Of a stretch of 64,000 nucleotides of DNA, positions 12,228-22,173 are shown piece by piece. A program made the position numbers and the translations under genes. Origin of the DNA: Nemertoderma westbladi (Eukaryota > Animalia > Xenacoelomorpha); contig JAUCBJ010007777.1 of NCBI GenBank assembly GCA_032718475.1, forward strand, positions 1 through 64,000. Direction: 5' to 3'. Position 1 is the stretch's first letter. Each line of letters begins with the position of its first letter. The notes under the pieces were generated by a model that was given only the letters and a program-made list of their open reading frames with translations, had not been told where the DNA came from and ran no database searches.

Positions 12228-14039
12228 TTATCGTTTAGTTGATCGAGCCCTGCCGCGTCCTCGAAAACTGCGCACAGGTGACTTTGCTCGCGATATGGGA
12301 CTAATGGGGCGAGTCACTGGTTTACTTGGGACGTTGAGAGACGGTGCAACTATTTCCTCGCAAATTCGTCTATTTGGCATCCCAAAACCTCGACCAATTC
12401 CTCGTGACCGATCAGTTGTCGCTACAGTTGGTAGAACGTCTGGGAACGCGCGAGGAGTGGACGACGCAGACCCAAGAGTAGCTTGCGCCCCCTGTTGATC
12501 AGCTGGTGTATGTCCCGATCCTCCTACCGGTTCTCTTGGAAGTGATACCGTATCCCGAGTAACTCGAATAGTCGGCTCAACTCCCTTGCGTTCTTCTACA
12601 TTAATAATTTTCTTCAATTGTTGGCCTACTTTCTGGACCCGTATGATCCTACCCTGCCCGTCCTCCCGAGGGTGACGTGCAGACGGCGCAACCGGAGTGG
12701 CTGATATATTCGTCGCCTCTAGGACCTCTTCTTCCTCGAATACGCTCGCTCGTATACGTTTATGGTAAAACGCGGCTCGGTACGCCCATGCGACGGTTAA
12801 CCAAGCTCCTTTATTCCGCTTTTCGGTTCGGAAACGATCAAATTCACCATACGTGATACGATTTACGACTTTCTGAAAATTCCACGTGTTCTTGTTATCC
12901 GGGTGAATCTGTAACAGATACTCGCGCACCACTCGGAATCCGCTGTCGTGGGGCAAAATATCAACAACCTCGATAAGTTCGTCATATTGAGGCATAGCGG
13001 AGATATATCCTTCCGACATCATCGTCTGGGGATTTACCGCCCAAAATCCGAGATGCGCTCTCATCGGAAACCGTCTTCTCTGTGCCGATACATGTTCGTC
13101 GGCTAAATCTTCCCACTCATCAAATAACTTCCTCACAAGTTTTACAGATTCGTGTTCATAAGGTATGTCCCTTAGTTGGCATTCAGATGCTCGATGTCCC
13201 TTTATATTGCAATAAGTACATTGAGCCATAAATCTCCAGCAAGTATAAAAGGTATGAGACCCTTGATCCCCACACCATCCACAGATTAACTGAGTCGTAG
13301 TAATGTGCTTTCCACTGCACTTTGTCATATGATGTCCAGCGACGCCACATTTACTACACATCGTATTGGCAGGGTACCACACTCGTTCGTATATAAGATC
13401 TCCAATCGGTCGAGCGCTTCCTCCCATACTATAATCGTAATCATCTGGGTCTATGGGTTGGTAGGTTTCTGAAGGTTGTATACAAACTATAGCATCTGTT
13501 GCTTCAAGTTGTCGAATCTCCGTCTGAGATTTCTTCGGGAGGTTCCTTTCTTATCTCAAGAAGTTCCTCTAAAGGATCGTCGGCGATCGTAGTAGTTACT
13601 TCGAATTCATCACCAAGGTGACCGATAGGCGCACGCGTCTGCCGTGATTCATCCGTAATCTCCACGATACGTTCTCCTTCATAGGGTAACAATGTAAACA
13701 TAGATGGTCTTTCGATAAGAGATCCCGCACAGCGAAGATACACGTCTCGAAATATACTAAATCCTGCTCGAGTAAAGGCATTGCTGTCTTTGCGAGCTTC
13801 GCTGTACTTTCTGATAATTCCTTTATACCAAATATAGTGTAGTCTTTTGCTCCAAATCGTTCGAATGAAGCTGCCGCCTCCTCTTGGATATCATATCCCC
13901 ATCTCGGCTCTCTTTGTATCCCTTTCTCCATAATTAGAGGTGTAGTTACATAATCATTACTACTAGAGGGAATACAACAGAGTTTGTGGTTAGTTGTGAG
14001 GAGACGTGAGAGTTTCGTCTGCCTTTTGGGCTTCGACAA
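12228..14039 (-). CDS. Accessory ORF of the LTR element with three CCHC-type zinc knuckles; 399-aa open core (12228-13427, frame open back to about 13550) plus frameshifted upstream pieces (13504-13743, 13596-14039)
   Basis: CSKCGVAGHHMTKC, CGWCGDQGSHTFYTC and CTYCNIKGHRASEC, followed by an Arg/Ser/Gly-rich C-terminus. It lies between the integrase stop and the 3' LTR, in the sense orientation. Confidence 0.7.
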
Positions 14040-14590
14040 CGCTCTAACCTCCTACCCATAGCCTAAGATCTAGGGTTTCTTTAATGACACGCTGCTTCTT
14101 ATCTAAAATTTTTTGCCGAAGTAAAACGAATTTGGGCTAAACTGGCCGTGAGTCTAAAATACTCACCTTTTGATCCCAAACTATTATCAGAAAATAAGCA
14201 GTCAAGAATTAGTAATAAATATAGGGGAGTCTATTTTGACGTAACTTATTGAAACAAGACCGTGTAAAATTTAATTAAAATTTTAAGAAAGGCTCGCAAG
14301 TCTTCCTCTCTTGTTTCTCTAATTTTTAAGTTCCACCCGACTGTACCCTGAAATCTATTCACTGGAGAAAATTTTAAAAATTTTCAAATCCAAATGGATT
14401 GTCTAAAATTTCGAAAATGTCTCAATATTGTGAGTTCCAAGTAGAATTCCATTTCTTATACCTACAAATCCCGCTCCTATGTGACACATAAGGGTACTAC
14501 CCTCAATGTTCACATATAAAGACAATGGAATTCTACCGCTGTCCTTACTACGGTGTACAGGTACGTGGAAATCTATTTTTAAACTCCTAA

Positions 14591-17500
14591 TTATTTACTA
14601 GTATTAGGTGGAGATTTGTAATCTCCAGACTCGTTACGAGTCTCTTCAAGGAGTACGAGACGTTGAGTCGGTCTGTCTACTGTACGACCGTCAATTGTTC
14701 GTACCGTCACAGTTCTTGTCACTCCATCCATAGATGGATGTGTGGCTAAAATGACACCTGTTATCCAGAAGCGTCTTTTCAGATTCACTTCTGCCAACAG
14801 CACGTGATCTCCCGGCTTTAATGCGCGGGTGTTATTGTACCAGTTTGTTCTGGCAGAAATAGAGGGCAAATAATGGTTTTGCCATATTTCCCAGAATTTG
14901 TTAGCTAGTAGTTGCGTGATTTTCCACGCTTTTCTACCATAGCTGTCGCTTTCTATTGGAATAGAAATCGGTGTCAAAGTCGTCGGTGCCTGCATTAGCA
15001 GGTGTGCCGGTGTCAAAGCAAACTGAGATTGTTTGTCATCGGGTACTAATACTATTGGTCTAGTATTTAGTATTGCCTCGATTTCAACAAACAATGTTGT
15101 CAGTTGGTCGTCTGTTAATATGTGGTTTACTGGAATGACCTTTGCCATTGCTGTCTTTATAGATCTAATCAGTCTCTCCCAGACTCCGCCTCTCCAAGGA
15201 CTATCTGGAGGATTGAACTTCCAAACAATCTTGTGAGGTTGCAGTTCGTTCGAGATTTGATCATGATCTAATTTCTTAAAGGCTCTAGCAATCTCATTCC
15301 GAGCACCAACGAAGTTTGTCCCTTGGTCTGAGTACAAGCATTTTACTAGTCCGCGTCTAGCGATAAATCGCCGCAGTGCTAGTATAAACGCGTTGGTGGA
15401 AAGATCCATCACACGTTCAATGTGAACTGCCCTACTGGACATACATGTGAAAATCAGTCCCCAGCGTTTTACTAGTATACGTCCACGTTTAGTATGTATG
15501 GGACCAAAGCAATCAATTCCAGTCTCTGTAAAAGGTGGTCTGAATGCTTGAAGTCGTGCTTGTGGTAGTTCACTCATTTCTTGGGTACCTATTCTAGAAT
15601 GTACCTTTTTACAAATAATACACGTACGTGTCACTGAACTTAATGCTTTACTGGGTCTAATTAATACAAATCTAGTACGTAAGTAGGAAAGACAGTGGTG
15701 TCTTCCAGCGTGTTTCAGATGTAAATGTGCGTCCAGTATCATTGCACGTTGTAGTTCGTGATGTTGCGGTATTATTATTGGGTATCTAAAGTTTGTGTTA
15801 AAGTCAATGTTTTGAAGCCGAGATTTATGACAAATTAAGCCATTATAAATTATCGGACTCCAACTCAGTATCGGTGACGACTTGATTGGTTGACCTTGAC
15901 TTATAGATGTGAATTCGCGCGCGAAATATCTCAGTTGGTAATGGCGAATTAATTTAATCTCACACCTTTCAATCTCAGCCAATGTAAGTCGACGTGTAAA
16001 GTCACGTTTGCCTTTAACGTATTGTACAAAACGTACAATCCACGCTAGTTTTCGGCAAGCGTTTGACCAAGAATCTGTTAGGTTTACAATACGGTCGACG
16101 TAAGTATTTGTGACGTCATCAGGTAAGTCAATGGAAATTTTGGAAGGTTTTGAATTACTAGAAGGGCCCACGGGTCCGCCGGTAAGTATTCCCTTGTTGA
16201 CTGTTGATCCGTCCGGGTCTACAAGTAATTTGTCCTTCTTTGTCTTCTTACCTTGATTGTCGGTACTTTGTAAGTCGATCGTTAATGGTGGTTTGAACTC
16301 TATGGGGTCAGCAGGTTTTGGTAAACTTAATTTTCTGCCGACATTAATCCCAGGTCTCACCACAGGTTGTAAGTTCGGTATGTCTCTTGAGCGCAAAGTA
16401 ACACCTGTATTTACATTAGCGTAGGTACTACCCACATCTGCAATACATGAGGTTTCACCATGCTTATGGTTGCTCAAATGTGTCAAAATTGGTAGTTTGT
16501 CAATAGAAGGCCGCTCCAATAGGGAAACTGCGGCTTTACTGTATGTCAGTGTGTTACTAACGTCTGGTGGAACATTTCGTGATATGTCTGGCAAAATGTC
16601 TGGTTGGCTGTCTAGTAACGTGTCTGGTTGACCGTCTGGCGATATGTCTGGTTGACTGTCTAGTAACGTGTCTGGTTGACCGTCTGGCGATATGTCTGGT
16701 GTAGAAAGGCTCGCAAGTCTTCCTCTCTTGACCTTTGAAGTTATATCTTTCCATTTCGCCTTCGGTTTTTTCTTGAGTTTCGCCGCCGTCGTCCTTTTCT
16801 TTGTATCGACGGGCATTGTTGGTGTCGTTGGGGTAGGTAGACTCGCAAGCCTATCATCTGTCGTCGATGGAATCTCTAGCTGACTCGTCTTCTCCCCAAG
16901 TTCTAAACTCACCTTGTGGATTAGCTGCTCCTTGTGACTTATCATACTAGTTACACGTCTGTTATGTTTTGTATGTAAGGTAGTATGGTCCACGTCGTGT
17001 GAAAAGGAATGAATTGAATTTATAGTTAATAAACTACATGTACTCTGTACATCGTCTTCCTCGTCACTTACGTCTAGTGTGCGCACAGGCGCTCGAGTAT
17101 ACCACCCTATCGGCGTTCTGCAGGCGTATGCGTTTCCTGCTACAACTGCCGATGGTCTGGTTTCCCACACCTGATGTAGGTTGAATTGATCCGTCCCGAT
17201 CAGCATTGCTACCGATCTATAATTGGCAGGACATTCGGGTACACCAAGGTGTCTGAAATACTTACGGTCCTCTAGAGATTGTGCCGGCACTGGACCTAGT
17301 AGGTTACTAAAGTCCTTCGTGGCCGCAAAGGTTAGATCTCTAAAGGGCAACAAAGACCTCTCCCTCTCGCTGTGTTGCGATCTTGGAAGAAGAGAGTCTA
17401 AGTCCAACTTAACTCGTGTCACTGGTATTGCACGCTGTCCGTGCATACTACTTACTGTATAACTTACGTGTTTACCTTGTCTAAGATCTGTTACGACGTC

Positions 17501-20500
17501 AGCTATCTTTTCATCTACGTAACTGTGAGATGAGGCTGAGTCTAGAATCGCGTAAATCCTCTTACTCCCTTTTGTGCCAGTAACTTTAATCGGGATTACA
17601 CTGAATCCCTTCAGTTGGTCAGTGGTCAGGAGCGCGATTGACGGTTGTTCGTCTCCATTTGAATATTCGTCGTCTTCTGATTCTTCGTCCGACGATCCGG
17701 ATTGTTCTGAAAAGCAATCCTCTATATGGGTCACGAAAGTCGGAGTCGTTTTCGATTCCCGTTTTCGGTAAGCTGCATCACATCTCGCTGCTGCTTCCGG
17801 GTGTTCCCTGGCGAAGCGTTTCGTCGGCGTGTGGCTGTCTGTGTGGAGCAGACCGTCGTGGTTGCGTCCACAGGATGGACAAGTGTCGGTATTTGGGCAA
17901 TCCTTACGGACGTGTCCGTGTCGCGTACACCGCCAACAAGAGTCCAGTGGCCGTATCTGCAGCCGTCGTTCTTCTGAGTTCAACTCGCGAAATTGTCGAC
18001 AACCTCGTAACTTGTGACCAATATACCGCTTACCCAAATGTTCGCAGTATTGGCACCCGTTGAAGTCGGCGCTGAGTTGCTGTCTCGTCTGTTTCGTTCC
18101 AATGGGCGCAGATACTCTATTGCCGTCTGAGAATTGTCGTGATTCCGTCGGTGTGGCGTAAGTGGCCGTCTTTGTGGATGTTGTCTGGGGTTTTTGTCGG
18201 TTTGAAGAGGATGGCAGTGTGATCCCTTCTGCCACGATGTGCTGGTCGGTATAGTTAGATCGAGTCTCTACTACCGCCTCCCTGGATATTAAAAGGTACA
18301 CATCTTCTAATTTCAGGAATCCTCCTCGCTCCTCTCGCTGATATTCGACCTTCCTCCACTCCCGACGAAGTCGATGGTGGAGTCGTCCTATTATCTTTAA
18401 TAGGACTGTAGGTGTATTCCCGTAATCAAGTTGTCCAATTGATCTTAAGGTAGTGATAGCGTTCTTAATCTCGTCAGCCAGTTTTAGTAAGTCGACGGGT
18501 TTAGTGATAGCCCCTCCCTTACAGAGTTCTTCTATTACTGACCTGGCCATACTCACTGTACCTCCGTATATCGAAGTCAAACGATCGTACGCTAGTTCGA
18601 AAGCGTCCGGTACACCAACGAAAGTCTCCGCCAAACGTTTAGGTTCTCCTGACAACGTTTGGAGCAAGTAATTGAACTTCTCTCGTGACGTAAAGGCGCA
18701 CACGGCGATCTGGGATTCAATATAGTCTACGAAGGTATGCCAGTGTTTTGAGCTACCAGAGAACTTCGGTGGTTGTTGTACCGGCAATCCCTGTCTGGCT
18801 GCGAATTTCGCTATCTCCTCGGCAACGTTCAGAGTTTCGCGTCCTTGGTTGGTAACCTGGTTGATGTTCTCCCTTCTGGGCGCTTTTCCCTGATACGATG
18901 TGGGGTTTGAAGGTACCGGTCTTTGTGGTCCCTTCGGGTGTCTATTGTGTTCGAATTCGGAATTTCTCGAACTGTCGGTTTGAACTTCCTCCAGACGCTC
19001 CTCGATCTGAGCCAACTTGTTGACAACTGGTCGCAGAATGTCGGCGAACTGTTGTGTACTAATTGCGTCCGTTGGTTGTAACGCCTTCTGTGTTGGTGTA
19101 TTCTGTGGAGGATTGTCTGCAAAGGAGTTGTCTGAACGCTCGCGTTTATATTCATCGGCCGCCCCTGTTCTAAATACCTCGCGTTTCGGGTAATCCGATT
19201 CGCTCGAAGTACTACTATCATCCGGATATGGTGGTCGACGTGCTCGCGTCCGTTGCGTCGTATGAATTCTAACATTCCGTTTCGGAACATCGTCCACTGA
19301 TCTCCGTTGTTCGGTAGGCTCACAAGTCTTCCTCGAAGTCGTAGATTGCGATGTAAACTGGTTGAACGGTCGCGTCTCCACTGTTCTCCGTTGTTCGGTA
19401 GGCTCACAAGTCTTCCTCGAAGTCGTAGATTGCGATGTAAACTGAACCGGTCGCGTATCCACTGTTCTCCGTTGTTCGGTAGGCTCACAAGTCTTCCTCG
19501 AAGTCGTAGATTGCGATGTAAACTGGTTGAATGGTCGCGTCTCCACTGTTCTCCGTTGTTCGGTAGGCTCACAAGTCTTCCTCGAAGTCGTAGATTGCGA
19601 TGTAAATTGGTTGAACGGTGGTCGGACGACCGCGTTTGAATCCAAAGGCCTTGTAGGCCGAAATGTCATTGGGTAATCGTAGTGCGTAACGGGTTTAGGT
19701 GTCAAAGGTGGACTCACCTGTTTTGTCGTCAGTAGTGCAGGTCCGACTAATAAACTACTACGATCTGTAATCGGTGGGTTACTTACCTTGACTTTCGGAA
19801 TAGGCGACGACGTTGCCCTTGGCGGGGTAAACTTGTCCGGAATAACAAACCTGTGTTCCGTCACACCATGGATAGGAGAGATATCGCTGCTACCAGCAAT
19901 CGAAATAGGTTCCTTAGTAGTAACCGGTGCAAACATATGAGTTACCTGTGGGAATCGTTGACACACGTCTTTTACTAATTGTCGTTCCCGTCCGGGTGCT
20001 CCTACGCTTCCTTCCTTCTTCCGTTCCTGAATTTGGCGATGTCTTACCTCTAACTGATCCAAATCATGTCCGTCACGAGATCTCATCGATCGATCGCGGG
20101 CCTTTTGATCCAGATCTTCCTCAGCGTTCGCTAATTCTCTCGCCTTCTTCTCAAGTTCGAAATGAAGTTTAGCTGTCTTCTCTCGTTGTTCCGTTTGTCG
20201 TTGTTGCGCCTCAAATTCTGCTTGTCGTATGGCGGATTGAGCTTTTATTTGCCGTGTTTTCATTTCGGCCCGTGCTTCCGAAACTAACCTGTCTCGTTCT
20301 AATTCCGCCGCTGCCGCTGCCGCTTGTCGCTCTGACTCTGCCGCTGCCGCTGCCGCTTGTCGGGCAATGTCTACCTCTAACCTTTCTACTTCAGCTGCTT
20401 CTAATTCAGCTTGTTCCTGTAGATGAGAGATTCTCGCTATATTCGCAACGCGTAGCTTCTCTTCCTCTACTGCTGCCTGCATCACTAGAAGTTGAGCTTG

Positions 20501-21364
20501 TTCCTCCATTTCTCGTCGTTGTCGGCAGAATTCTTGCTGTTGTCGAGCAACTTCTGACGTGACTATACTTCCCTCGCAGATTTCGCTACGAATACTCACC
20601 AGCGATTGATTTAGTATTCCCGGTGCCGATTCGATTTGTGCGAGTGAAGTTTCCCTCGTAGCCTCCGGCACGGTTTCCCAATCCCCGACGTCTTCGCCGC
20701 ACATGCGCAAGTGATCCGTCAGGTGTTTCAATTGTCCATCCAGTCGGTACAGTTCCTGTTCTTCCTCGGGTTGTAATAATTCGTCCGAAACTGACTCACC
20801 TAACAACTGGTCCGCTTGTTCCTGTTGTATCTGTCTAATCGTCGACTTAAACTGAATCAGTTTCTCTCTAGTGATCATTAGTTTCTCTAGGATTCTAAGT
20901 TGAGTATCCATGTCCTGTCTCTGTCTAGCTAGATCTTGTAAGCCAACTAAATTATCTACGGACTTATATACTTTACTCTGTACTCTAACCTGGAGGGTGT
21001 AGAACTCGAATCGAGACATCGGAGCGGTCAACCCGTCTAATATGCGTTGGCCTTCTCCAATACTCCTGGTTATATGCGCCATGTAACCTCCGACGCTTCT
21101 AACCACACTTTCTGTGCTTCCTGCTGAACTTACCAATTCCGTTTCCCTATATCTAGGTTGCGGAACAGCTAGAAAGTCCTCGGTCCTGCCGTCGCCTCGT
21201 ACTACGGCATCCGGTACTCCCGTTGGATGTACTGGTGACGCACACGGTGTAGGTTCGGTAGGCTCGCGAGTCTTCCCCTGTTGTTCTCCCGCTGCTGACT
21301 TATCCGCGTCACATGAGTCATAGTCGGTTTGTGTGTTCTTCGTATAGTCTTGTTTGTCACTCAT
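14591..21364 (-). CDS. BEL/Pao Gag-protease-integrase polyprotein without RT/RNase H (2257 aa)
   Basis: Coiled coil; Gag (PPKFSG..EKFNYLLQTLSGEP); knuckles CWRCTRHGHVRKDC and CPSCGRNHDGLLH; protease AILDSASSHSYV; integrase H2C2 (HLKHAG..CIIC), GIDCFGP, SDQGTNF, GVWERLIRSIK and the C-terminal DGVTRTV..RP. No YxDD RT or RNase H motifs. Confidence 0.92.
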   Translation of the reverse strand: MSDKQDYTKNTQTDYDSCDADKSAAGEQQGKTREPTEPTPCASPVHPTGVPDAVVRGDGRTEDFLAVPQPRYRETELVSSAGSTESVVRSVGGYMAHITRSIGEGQRILDGLTAPMSRFEFYTLQVRVQSKVYKSVDNLVGLQDLARQRQDMDTQLRILEKLMITREKLIQFKSTIRQIQQEQADQLLGESVSDELLQPEEEQELYRLDGQLKHLTDHLRMCGEDVGDWETVPEATRETSLAQIESAPGILNQSLVSIRSEICEGSIVTSEVARQQQEFCRQRREMEEQAQLLVMQAAVEEEKLRVANIARISHLQEQAELEAAEVERLEVDIARQAAAAAAESERQAAAAAAELERDRLVSEARAEMKTRQIKAQSAIRQAEFEAQQRQTEQREKTAKLHFELEKKARELANAEEDLDQKARDRSMRSRDGHDLDQLEVRHRQIQERKKEGSVGAPGRERQLVKDVCQRFPQVTHMFAPVTTKEPISIAGSSDISPIHGVTEHRFVIPDKFTPPRATSSPIPKVKVSNPPITDRSSLLVGPALLTTKQVSPPLTPKPVTHYDYPMTFRPTRPLDSNAVVRPPFNQFTSQSTTSRKTCEPTEQRRTVETRPFNQFTSQSTTSRKTCEPTEQRRTVDTRPVQFTSQSTTSRKTCEPTEQRRTVETRPFNQFTSQSTTSRKTCEPTEQRRSVDDVPKRNVRIHTTQRTRARRPPYPDDSSTSSESDYPKREVFRTGAADEYKRERSDNSFADNPPQNTPTQKALQPTDAISTQQFADILRPVVNKLAQIEERLEEVQTDSSRNSEFEHNRHPKGPQRPVPSNPTSYQGKAPRRENINQVTNQGRETLNVAEEIAKFAARQGLPVQQPPKFSGSSKHWHTFVDYIESQIAVCAFTSREKFNYLLQTLSGEPKRLAETFVGVPDAFELAYDRLTSIYGGTVSMARSVIEELCKGGAITKPVDLLKLADEIKNAITTLRSIGQLDYGNTPTVLLKIIGRLHHRLRREWRKVEYQREERGGFLKLEDVYLLISREAVVETRSNYTDQHIVAEGITLPSSSNRQKPQTTSTKTATYATPTESRQFSDGNRVSAPIGTKQTRQQLSADFNGCQYCEHLGKRYIGHKLRGCRQFRELNSEERRLQIRPLDSCWRCTRHGHVRKDCPNTDTCPSCGRNHDGLLHTDSHTPTKRFAREHPEAAARCDAAYRKRESKTTPTFVTHIEDCFSEQSGSSDEESEDDEYSNGDEQPSIALLTTDQLKGFSVIPIKVTGTKGSKRIYAILDSASSHSYVDEKIADVVTDLRQGKHVSYTVSSMHGQRAIPVTRVKLDLDSLLPRSQHSERERSLLPFRDLTFAATKDFSNLLGPVPAQSLEDRKYFRHLGVPECPANYRSVAMLIGTDQFNLHQVWETRPSAVVAGNAYACRTPIGWYTRAPVRTLDVSDEEDDVQSTCSLLTINSIHSFSHDVDHTTLHTKHNRRVTSMISHKEQLIHKVSLELGEKTSQLEIPSTTDDRLASLPTPTTPTMPVDTKKRTTAAKLKKKPKAKWKDITSKVKRGRLASLSTPDISPDGQPDTLLDSQPDISPDGQPDTLLDSQPDILPDISRNVPPDVSNTLTYSKAAVSLLERPSIDKLPILTHLSNHKHGETSCIADVGSTYANVNTGVTLRSRDIPNLQPVVRPGINVGRKLSLPKPADPIEFKPPLTIDLQSTDNQGKKTKKDKLLVDPDGSTVNKGILTGGPVGPSSNSKPSKISIDLPDDVTNTYVDRIVNLTDSWSNACRKLAWIVRFVQYVKGKRDFTRRLTLAEIERCEIKLIRHYQLRYFAREFTSISQGQPIKSSPILSWSPIIYNGLICHKSRLQNIDFNTNFRYPIIIPQHHELQRAMILDAHLHLKHAGRHHCLSYLRTRFVLIRPSKALSSVTRTCIICKKVHSRIGTQEMSELPQARLQAFRPPFTETGIDCFGPIHTKRGRILVKRWGLIFTCMSSRAVHIERVMDLSTNAFILALRRFIARRGLVKCLYSDQGTNFVGARNEIARAFKKLDHDQISNELQPHKIVWKFNPPDSPWRGGVWERLIRSIKTAMAKVIPVNHILTDDQLTTLFVEIEAILNTRPIVLVPDDKQSQFALTPAHLLMQAPTTLTPISIPIESDSYGRKAWKITQLLANKFWEIWQNHYLPSISARTNWYNNTRALKPGDHVLLAEVNLKRRFWITGVILATHPSMDGVTRTVTVRTIDGRTVDRPTQRLVLLEETRNESGDYKSPPNTSK
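19305..19617 (-). repeat. In-frame 78-84-bp tandem repeat (4 copies) in Gag
   Basis: The peptide (PFN)QFTSQSTTSRKTCEPTEQRRTV is repeated four times. Confidence 0.9.
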
Positions 21365-22162
21365 TTCGGTAGTTGTAAGTCAAGTAAAGTGAGTGTCAAA
21401 GTATCGAGTTTTACCGTATTTATATCTAAACGGTACTAATTACAGTCTTATAAAATTAGCCTACCGGCTGATTTTATAGCAGATGGATAAAATTAGCCTA
21501 AACGGCCAATTTTACAGCAAATAAATGTCACGGAATAAGTATATAATAAAATTAGCCTAGCGGCCAATTTTATAACAAATAAATCGGATAACGATATGCG
21601 TTATCAAAAGGTAAATTAAATACAATAATACGGACTAATTCAGCAATGAACAAAGAAATCATACGGAATGCATAAATACTTGAGACAGTGGAACCCACAA
21701 TAATTTTAACTAATACGGTAATGCCTAACTTATTTATGCAACTTTTCGAACTCACCCACTCCAATAATTCTCCAGAAAAACAGATTCCCAGATACAAACC
21801 GAACGTGAACCTTTCCGTTTTTAACGTTGCGGACGAAACGCGATTTTCCCAACCAAAGTTGTTGAGTTATCTATCTCCCAAACTTGCTAAACACGGTCTT
21901 GCTCCCGTTACAGTCTAGAAATGAGTTCTGAATCCTGAAAAACAAAAGAGTTAGGTTTTACTTTACGAAAATTTTGTACCGGTACAATATGGTATTTTAA
22001 ACCCTTTTAAACACCGGTATTCAATTCCAAAATATTTTACACGCGGTTCAAATCAAATTTTATTTCAAAAAATTAGCACTTAGCTAATCAAATACAAATT
22101 TTTACCTCAAAATACAGAATTTTCAAATAACTTTAGTCCTACCGAACCGTAGTTCAGTAAAA

Positions 22163-22173
22163 CATATTCCTAC
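22163..22173 (-). promoter_or_regulatory. Putative non-tRNA primer-binding site GTAGGAATATG abutting the 5' LTR
   Basis: Directly follows the LTR end and lacks the TGG of tRNA PBSs. It is exactly complementary to the minus-strand 11-mer CATATTCCTAC at 23233-23223. Confidence 0.6.

Noticed and set aside
12228-13427. Envelope gene
   Set aside because: No signal peptide, transmembrane anchor or fusion-protein cysteine pattern; it has zinc knuckles instead.
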